DNA from: the human T2T-CHM13v2.0 reference genome, Homo sapiens
Length of the DNA stretch: 64,000 bases
NCBI RefSeq assembly: GCF_009914755.1
Contig: NC_060939.1
Direction: 5' to 3' (one strand)
A program made the translations under genes and the position numbers. Positions 56,038-64,000 of the stretch are shown here, piece by piece. The notes under the pieces are model-generated. The model ran no database searches. It had not been told where the DNA came from and saw only the letters and a program-made list of their open reading frames with translations. Every line of letters starts with the position of its first letter. Position 1 is the stretch's first letter.

Positions 56038-59000
56038 TCTCCAATCTCACTCAGGTTGCTGCAAATGCCATTAATTCGTTCTTGTTTATGGCCAAGTAGT
56101 ATTCCATCATATAAATATACCACAGTCTCTTTATCCACTTGTTGACTGATGGGCATTTGGGTAGGTTCCAAGATTTTGCAATTGTGAATTGTGCTGCTAC
56201 AAACATGCAAGTATCTTTCTTGTATAATGACTTCTTTTCCTGTGGGTACATACCCAGTGGTGGGATTGCTGGGCCAAATGGTAGTTCTACTTTCAGTTCT
56301 TTAAGGAACCTATACACTGTTTTCCATAGTGGCTGTACTAGTTTACAGTCCCATCAGCAGTGTAGAAGTGTTCCCTGATCACGGCATCCATGTCAACATC
56401 TACTGTTTTTTGATTTTTTGGTTATGGTCATTCTTGCAGTAGTAATGGGGTATCGCATTGTGGTTTTGATTTGCATTTCCCTGATCATTAGTGATGCTGA
56501 GCATTGTTTTCATATGTTTGTTGGCCTTTTGTATATCTTCTTTTGAGAACTGTCTATTCATGTCCTTTGACCACTGTTTGATGCAATTGTTTTTATTCTT
56601 ATTGTTTTGAGTTCATTGTAGATTTTGGATATTAGTCCTTTGTCAAATGTATACATCGTGAAGATTTTCTCCCACTCTGTGGGTTGTCTGTTTACTCTGC
56701 TGTTCCTTTCACCATGCAGAAGCTCTTTAGTTTAATTAAGTCCCAACTATTTATCTTTGTTTTTATTATGGTTGCTTTTTAGTTCTTGGTTATGAAATCC
56801 TTGCCTAAGCCAATTTCTAGAAGGGTTTTTCCAACGTTATCTTCTAGAATTTTTATAGTTTCAGGTCTTAGATTTAAGTCCTTAATCCGTCTTGAGTTGA
56901 TTTCTGTTATTAGGTGAGAGATGAAGATCCAGTTTCATTCTCCTACATGTGTCTAGCCAATTATCCCAGCACCATTTGCTGAAAAGGGTGTCCTTTCCCC
57001 ACTTTATGTTTTTGTTTGCTTTGTCGAAGATCAGTTGGCTGTAAGTATTTGGGTTTATTCTGGGTTCTCTATTCTGTTCCATTGATCTATGTGCCTATTT
57101 TTATACCAGTACCATGCTGTTTTGGTGACTACGGCCTTATAGTATAGTTTGAAATCAGGTAGTGTGATGCCTCCAGATTTGTTCTTTTTGCTTAGTCTTG
57201 CTTTGGCTATGCAGGCTCTTTTTTGGTTCCATATGAATTTTAGAATTGTTTTTTTCTAACTCTGTGAAGAATGATAGCAGTATTTTGATGGGAATTGCAT
57301 TGAATTTGTAGATTGCTTTTGGCAGTATGGTCATTTTCACAATATTGATTCTACCCATATGTGAGCATGGGATGTGTTTCCATTTGTTTGTGTCATCTAT
57401 GATTTCTTTCAGCGGTGTTTTATAGTTTTCCTTGTAAAGGTCTTTTGCCTTCTTGGTTAGGTATATTCCTAAGCATTTTATTTTTTTGCAGCTATTGTAA
57501 AAGGGGATGAGTTCTTGATTTGATTCTCTGCTTGGTCGCTTTTGGTATATGGTAGAGCTACCAATTTGTGTACATTAATCTTGTTTCTGGAAACTTTGCT
57601 GAATTCTTTGATCAGTTCTAGGAGCTTTCTGGAGGAGTCTTTAGGGTTTTCTAGGTAAACGACCATACTGTCAGCCAACAGTCACAGTTTGACTTCCTCT
57701 TTACCAATTTGGATGCCCTTTATTTCTTTCTCTTGTCTGATTGCTCTGGATAGGACTTCCAGTACTATGTTGAAGAGGAGTAGTGAGAGTGGGCATCCTT
57801 GTCTTGTTCCAGTTCTCAGACAGAAAGCTTTCAACTTTTCCCCATCAGTACTGTGTTGGCTGTGGGTTTGTCATAGATGGCTTTTACTACATTGAGGTAT
57901 GTCCCTCGCATGCCGGTTTTGCTGAAAGTTTTAATCATAAAGCGATGCGGGATTTTGTCAAATGCTTTCTCTGCATCTATTGAGATGATCATGTGATTTT
58001 TGTTTTAAATTCTATTTATGTGGTGTATCACATTTATTGACTTGTGTATATTAAATCATCCCTGCATCCCTGGTATGAAATCCACTTGATCATGGTAGAT
58101 TATCTTTTTGATATGTTGCTGGATTCAGTTAACTTGTATTTTGTTAAGGATTTTAGAATCTATGTTCATGAAGGATATCGGTCTGTAGTTTTCTTTTTTG
58201 GTTATGTCCTTTCCTGGTTTTGGCATTAGGGTGATGCTGGCTTCATAGAATGAATGAGGGAGGGTTCTTTCTTTCTCTATTTTGTGGAATAGTGTCACAA
58301 GGAATGGCACCAATTCTTCTTTGAATGTCTGGTAGAATTCTGCTGTGAATCTGTCTGGTCCTGGATTTTTTTTTGTTGGTAACTTTTAAATTACCATTTC
58401 AATCTCGCTGCTTGTTATTGGTCTGTTCAGGGTATGCAATTCTTCCTGATTTAAGCTAGAAGGGTTGTATTTTTCCAAGAATTTATCTATCTCTTCTAGG
58501 TTTTCTAGTTTATGTACATAAAGATGTTCACAGTAGCCTTGAATAATCTTTCACATTTCACTGGTATCAGTTGTAATATCTCCTATTTTATTTCTTAATG
58601 AGGTTATTTGGATTTTCTCTCTTCTTTTCTTGGTTACTCTTGCTAAAGGTCTACCAATTTTATTTATCTTTTCAAAGAACCAGCTTTTTGTTTATCTTTT
58701 TTTAAATTCAATTTCATTTAGTTCTGCTCTGATCTTGGTTATTTCCTTTCTTTTGCTGGGCTTGTTCTTGTTTCTCTAGTTCCTTGAGGTGTGACCTTAG
58801 AATATCAGTCTGTGCTCTTTCAGTCTTTCTGATGTAGATGTTTAGGGCTGAGAACTTTCCTCTTATCACTGCCTTTGCTGTATTCCAGAGATTTTGACAG
58901 GTTGTGTCATTACTGTCGTTCAGTTCTAAGAATTTTTAAATTTCCATCTTCATTTCCTTTTTGACCCGATGCTCATTCGGGAGCAGGTTATTTAATTTCC

Positions 59001-62000
59001 ACGTATTTGCATGATTTTGAAGGTTCCTTTTGGAGTTGATTTCCAGTTTTATTCTACTGTGGTCTGAGAGAGTGCCTGATATAATTTCAATTTTCTTAAA
59101 TTTATTGAGGCTCATTTTATGGCCTACCATACGGTCTATCTTGGAGAAAGTTCCACAAGCTGTTGAATAGAATGTGTATTCTGCAGTTGTTGGATGAAAT
59201 CTTCTGTATATATCTTTTAAGTCCATTTGTTCCAAGGTATAGCTTAAATCTATTATTTCTTTGTTGACTTTCTGTTTTGATGAACTGTCTAGTGCTATCA
59301 GTGGAGTACTGAAGTCCCCCACTATTATTGTGTTGCTCTCTATCTCATTTCTTAGGTCTATTAGTAATTGTTTTATATATTTGGAAGCTCCAGTGTTAGG
59401 TGCATATATGTTTAGGATTGTGATATTTTCCTGTTGGACAAGACCTTTTACCATTATATGATGTCTCACTTTGTCTCTTTTAACTGCGGCTGCTTTAAAG
59501 TTTTTTTCGTCTGATACGAGAATAGCTACCCCTGCTCACTTTTGCTGTCTATTTGCATGAATTGCCTTTTTCCACCCCTTTACTTTAGTTTATGTGAGTC
59601 TCCTGAAGGTAGCAGATGGTTGGTTGGTGAGTTCTTACCCATTCTGTGGTTCTGTATCTTTTCAGTGGAGCATTTAGGCCATTTACATTCAATGTTCCTA
59701 TTGGGATGTGAGGTACCGTTGCATTTGTCATGCTATTTGTTGCCTGTGTACCTTGCTTTTTTTTGTTTTTCTTTTTGTTTTTTAACTTGTATTTTTGTTT
59801 TAAAGGTCCTGTGTGATTTATGCTTTAAAGAGGTTCTGTTTTGATGTGTTTCCGGAATTTGTTTCAAGATTTAGAGCTCCTTTGAGCAGTCCTTGTAGTG
59901 GTGGCTTGGTAGTGGCGAATTCTCTCAGCATTTGTTTGTCTGAAAAAGACTGTATCTTTCCTTCATATATGATGCTTACTTTTGCTGGAAACAAAATACT
60001 TGGCTGATAATTGTTTTGTTTGAGGAGGCTGAAGATAGGGCCCCAATCTCTTCTAGCTTGTAGGTTTTCTGCTGAGAAATCTGCTGTTAATATGATAGGT
60101 TTTCTTTTATGGGTTACCTGGTGCTTCTGTCTCACAGCTCTTAAGATTCTTTCCTTCATCTTAACTTTAGATTACCTGATGACAATGTGCCTAAGTGATG
60201 ATCTTTTTGCGATGCATTTCCCACGTGTTCCTTGTGCTTCTTGTATTTGGATGTCTAGGTCTCTAGCAAGGCTGGCGAAGTATTCCTCCATTATTCCCTC
60301 AAATATATTTTCCAAACTTTTAGATTTCTCTTCTTCCTCAGGAACACTGATTATTCTTAGGTTTGGTTGTTTAACATAATCCCAGACTTCTTGGAGGCTT
60401 TGTTCATACTTTCTCATTCTTGTCTTTGTTGGATTGGGTTAATTCAAAGACCTGTCTTCGAGCTCTGAGAATTACTTTCTTCTACTAGTTCAATCCTATT
60501 GCTGAGACTTTCCAGAGGATTTTGCATTTCTGTAAGTGTGTCCAATGTTTCCTGAAGTTTTGATTGTTTTTTCTTTATGCTATCTATTTCCTTGAATATT
60601 TCTCCCTTCACTTCTTGTATCGTTTTTTGGATTTCCTTGCAGTGGGCTTTGCCTTTCCCTGGTGCCTCCTTTATTAGCTTAATAATTAACCTCCTGAATA
60701 TTTTTTCAGGTAAATCAGAGATTTCATCTTGGTTTGGATCCATTGCTGGTGAACAAGTGTGAGTTTTTTGGGGGTACTAAAGAGACTTGTTTTGTCATAT
60801 TACCAGAGTTGGTTTTCTAGTTCCTTCTCATTTGGGCAGACTCTGTCAAAGGAAAGGTCTAGGGCTGAAGGCTGTTGTTCAGATTCTTTTGTCCCATGGG
60901 GTGTTCCCTTGATGGAGTACTCTGCCCCTTTTCCTATGGATATGGCTTCCTGTGAGCCGAACTGAAGTGATTGCTGTCTCTCTTCTGGGTCTAGCCACCC
61001 AGCAAGTCTACCCGGCTCCAGGATGGTATTGAGGCTTGTCTGCACAGAGTCCTGTGATGTGAACCATCTCTGGGTCTCTCAGCTGTAGATACCAGCACCT
61101 GTTCCAGTGTAGGTGGCAGGGGAGTGAAATGGACTCTGTGAGGGTTCTTAGCTTTGGTGGTTTAGTATTCTATTTTTGTGCTGGTTGGCCTCCTGCCAGG
61201 AGGTGATGCTTTCCAGAGAGCACCAGCTATGGTAGTATGGAGAGGGATCAGTGGCAGGTGGGGCCCTAGAACCCTCAAGATTATATGCCATTTGTCTTCA
61301 GTTACCAGGGTGGATAGGGAAGGCCCATTCAAGTGTGGGCAGGGGTGGACGCGTCTGAGCTCAGACTCTCCTTGGGCTGGTCTTGCTGTGGCTGCTATGG
61401 GGGATGGGGTTGAGGTTCCCAGGTCAATGGAGTTGTGTACCTAGGAGGGTTATGGCTGCCTCTGCTGAGTCATGCAGGTTGTCAGGGAAGTGGGGGAAAG
61501 CCGGCAGTCACAGGCCTCACCCAGCTCCCACGCAATCCAAAGGGCTGGTCTCACTCGCAACGTGCCCCCTCAACAGCCCCGAGTCTGTTTCCAGGCAGTG
61601 GGCAAGCTAGGCTTGAGAACTTGCCCCAGGCTATCTGCCTCCCAGCTGTGAAAGAAAAGGGCTTGTTTCTGCCCCCACCTGTGGAATCTGCACACTGGAT
61701 TTGTGCCCTCCCCCCAAGTTCTGGCCAGGAGGCTTCTTGCCCGGTTCAAATTATTACATAGTTCAGCTGGAGACTTCCTTCTCCCTGTGGTGTTCAGCCT
61801 CTCCTCTGGCCTCCCTCCCGATGGATCCCTGTGGTGCCAGGCAGGAATGGCCTGCTTGGGGACCCAGGGAGCTCCCAGGGCCTTTCCCGCTGCTTCCTCT
61901 ACTTCTGTATTTCACTCGACTCTGTAAACTAACTCAGCTCCAGGTAAGGATGGAAACTTCCCCCGAAAACAGACCTTCATTTTCTCCAGTGGGGGTGTAT

Positions 62001-62144
62001 GTTTGGGAGAGGATGCTCTCCCTTTCCCACTTCCACAGTTTGGGCACTCACAGTATTTGGAGTGTCTCCTGGGTCCTGCAGGAGCAGTCTGCTTCCTTCA
62101 GTGGGTCTGTGAGTCCTCTTGGGGTTGCTGGCTTGTTCTTGCAG
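56036..62144 (-). mobile_element. Near full-length decayed L1 (L1PB-type): 5'UTR, ORF1 and ORF2 remnants, 3'UTR missing; sense to ADAMTS17
   Basis: ORF1 fragments at 59818-60743 (KERILRAVRQK, EFATTKPPLQ), endonuclease at 58936-59469 (LNIYAPNTGA, IIVGDFSTPL, SDHS), RT and C-terminal fragments down to 56051; many stops and frameshifts. Confidence 0.93.
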
Positions 62145-62229
62145 GTTCTAGATTATCACCATCATCACACAGACTTCCTATTATGTCTTTTTTGATTATA
62201 GTCATGCTAGTAGGTGTGAAGTGGTATTT

Positions 62230-62610
62230 CATTATGTGTGTTTTTTTGTCGTGGTAAAATATACATAATGAAATTTACCATCAAATCCATTTGTAAGCTG
62301 TACAGTTCAGTGACATTAAGTATATTTAAATTATTGTATAGACACCAACCCCATCCATCTCTAAAGCTTTTCATCTTCCTACACTGAAACTCGGTGCCCA
62401 CTAAACAATAACTCCCTATTTCCTGCTCTCCCTAGCTCCTGGCAACCACCATGCTACTTTCTGTTTCTGTGAATTCACTACTCTAGATGCCTTATATAAG
62501 CGGAATCATACAGTATTGTCCTTCTGTGACGGGTTTTCACTTAGCGTAATGTCCTCAATGTGCATCTGTGTCGTAGCCTGTGTCAGCATTCTTTTCTTTT
62601 GTAAAGCTGA
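62230..62610 (-). mobile_element. L1MA/MB-type 3' end fragment
   Basis: gtggtaaaatatacataatgaaatttaccat...ctcctggcaaccaccat...ggaatcatacagtatt. Confidence 0.75.
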
Positions 62611-62706
62611 ACATACAAATCAACTAAGAGAAGACAAATTGCCTAATCAGATAATGGGCAAACAATAAAAGAAAAAAATCACTTAAGAAGAAATATAAAT
62701 ATCTCC

Positions 62707-63085
62707 CGATATGGGTTGGCTCTGGGCCCTCACCCAAACCTCATGCTAAATTGTAATTCCTCGTGTTGGAGGAGGGGCCTGGTGGGAGGTGATTGGATCA
62801 TAGGGAGGATTTCCCCTTTGCTGTTCTCATGATACTGAGTAAGTTCTCAGGAGATCTGGTTGCTTAGAAGTGTGAACCACCTCCCACTTCTCTCTCTTCC
62901 TCCTGCTCCAGCCAGGTAGGAAGTGCCTACTTCTCTTTTGCCTTCTGCCATGAGTGTAAGTTTCCTGAGGCCTCTCCAGCTGTGCTTCCTGTACAGCCTG
63001 CAGAATTGTGTGCCAATGAAGCCTCTTCTCTTTTACATTATCCAGTCTCAGGTAGTTCTTTGCAATGTGACAACAGACTAATACA
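62707..63085 (+). mobile_element. MaLR solo LTR (MSTA-like) inside an old L1M relic
   Basis: gatatgggttggctctg...ggaggtgattggatcat...cagactaataca; flanks tctcc/tcccc. Confidence 0.8.
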
Positions 63086-64000
63086 TCCCCCAAACATCTG
63101 AAAATATTCAACCTCACCACAGAGCAGGGGAATTTAAAAACCAAATGAGGACGTGCCCTTTCACATCTATCAGACTGACAACACTAAAAATATGTGACTA
63201 AGCCACATTTGGCCATGATGGGAGAAATGTTCTCACACGGTACTGGTGAGATGCTATCTACAGGTAACCCCTTTGGAGTAAAGCTCAAGTTATGTATAAC
63301 CTATGCCTTATTCCACTTCTAGGGATACAGTTTCTTACACATGTGCCCAAGAAAACCAGAAAACGACATTCACTCCATAATTGTATAAACCTCAAATGGC
63401 AATCCACCTACGTGTCCATCGATGGCAGAATGAATAAATGTGTAAGACGAAATCATATAGAAAACGAATGCCAAAGAGCTACAGCAGCAACACGGCGAGT
63501 TCCCAGGGGCAAGACAGATGTACATACCCTAAGAGACTATTTAAGACACAACAAACAATACTCTCTTCTGTTTGTGGATATATACATATATAGTGCAAGT
63601 TTGAAAATTTGGGTGGGATGAGATGCATACATACCAACAGGGGAAAGGAGGAGAACGGGACTAGGGAGGGTCAAAAAGGACTTCCAACGTATCTGTAACA
63701 TATTATGACTTAACGGATGTGAAATGAATACAGCGATTGTAAAGATTTGTTAAAACTGGGAAGTGGAGACGTGTTTATTAGTTAATCTCGGTACTTTTCT
63801 GTACCATGAAAATTTTTATAAGAAAAATACTTACAGAAGCTATAGTCAGGCTGGTATGTACTAACTGACCTTGGCTGCAGTGAGTGGTTGAGACCACGGG
63901 CAACTGAACATGTGCTACCCGGTGTATGACCACACCTGCGCTCCAGCCCACTGAGGCCAAATGTTGCCACGCCGTTCATTTTTAAAAGTAAGGCTGAAAA

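Overview
This is primate (human or great-ape) genomic DNA, not microbial. It holds the 3' end of ADAMTS17, a secreted metalloprotease at human 15q26.3, on the minus strand. Four coding exons were mapped by hand with GT/AG boundaries and consistent phases: 41402-41606, 37065-37217, 20079-20256 and 18435-18595. These are probably exons 19-22 and encode the C-terminal thrombospondin type-1 repeats (TSRs) and the PLAC domain. A ~3 kb 3'UTR follows, ending near an AATAAA at 15482-15487. The rest is intronic or intergenic and repeat-rich: about 25 Alu/FLAM copies, a ~6 kb L1PB-type element, a 1.3 kb L1PA 3' fragment, a decayed ERV-L-class provirus with nested insertions, several MaLR/MLT2 LTRs, a MADE2-like MITE, MIR/L2 relics and a ~570 bp polypurine tract. 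Almost all ORFs in the supplied track are spurious or repeat-derived. I found no convincing new multi-gene system. The best leads are local: a 74-75 bp tandem repeat that triplicates the exon-21 splice acceptor, a doubled plus-strand poly(A) signal inside the 3'UTR, a templated hairpin scar at a nested LTR junction, and two small CpG-dense patches. Repeat family names and exon numbers come from recalled consensus sequences and annotation, not from a search.
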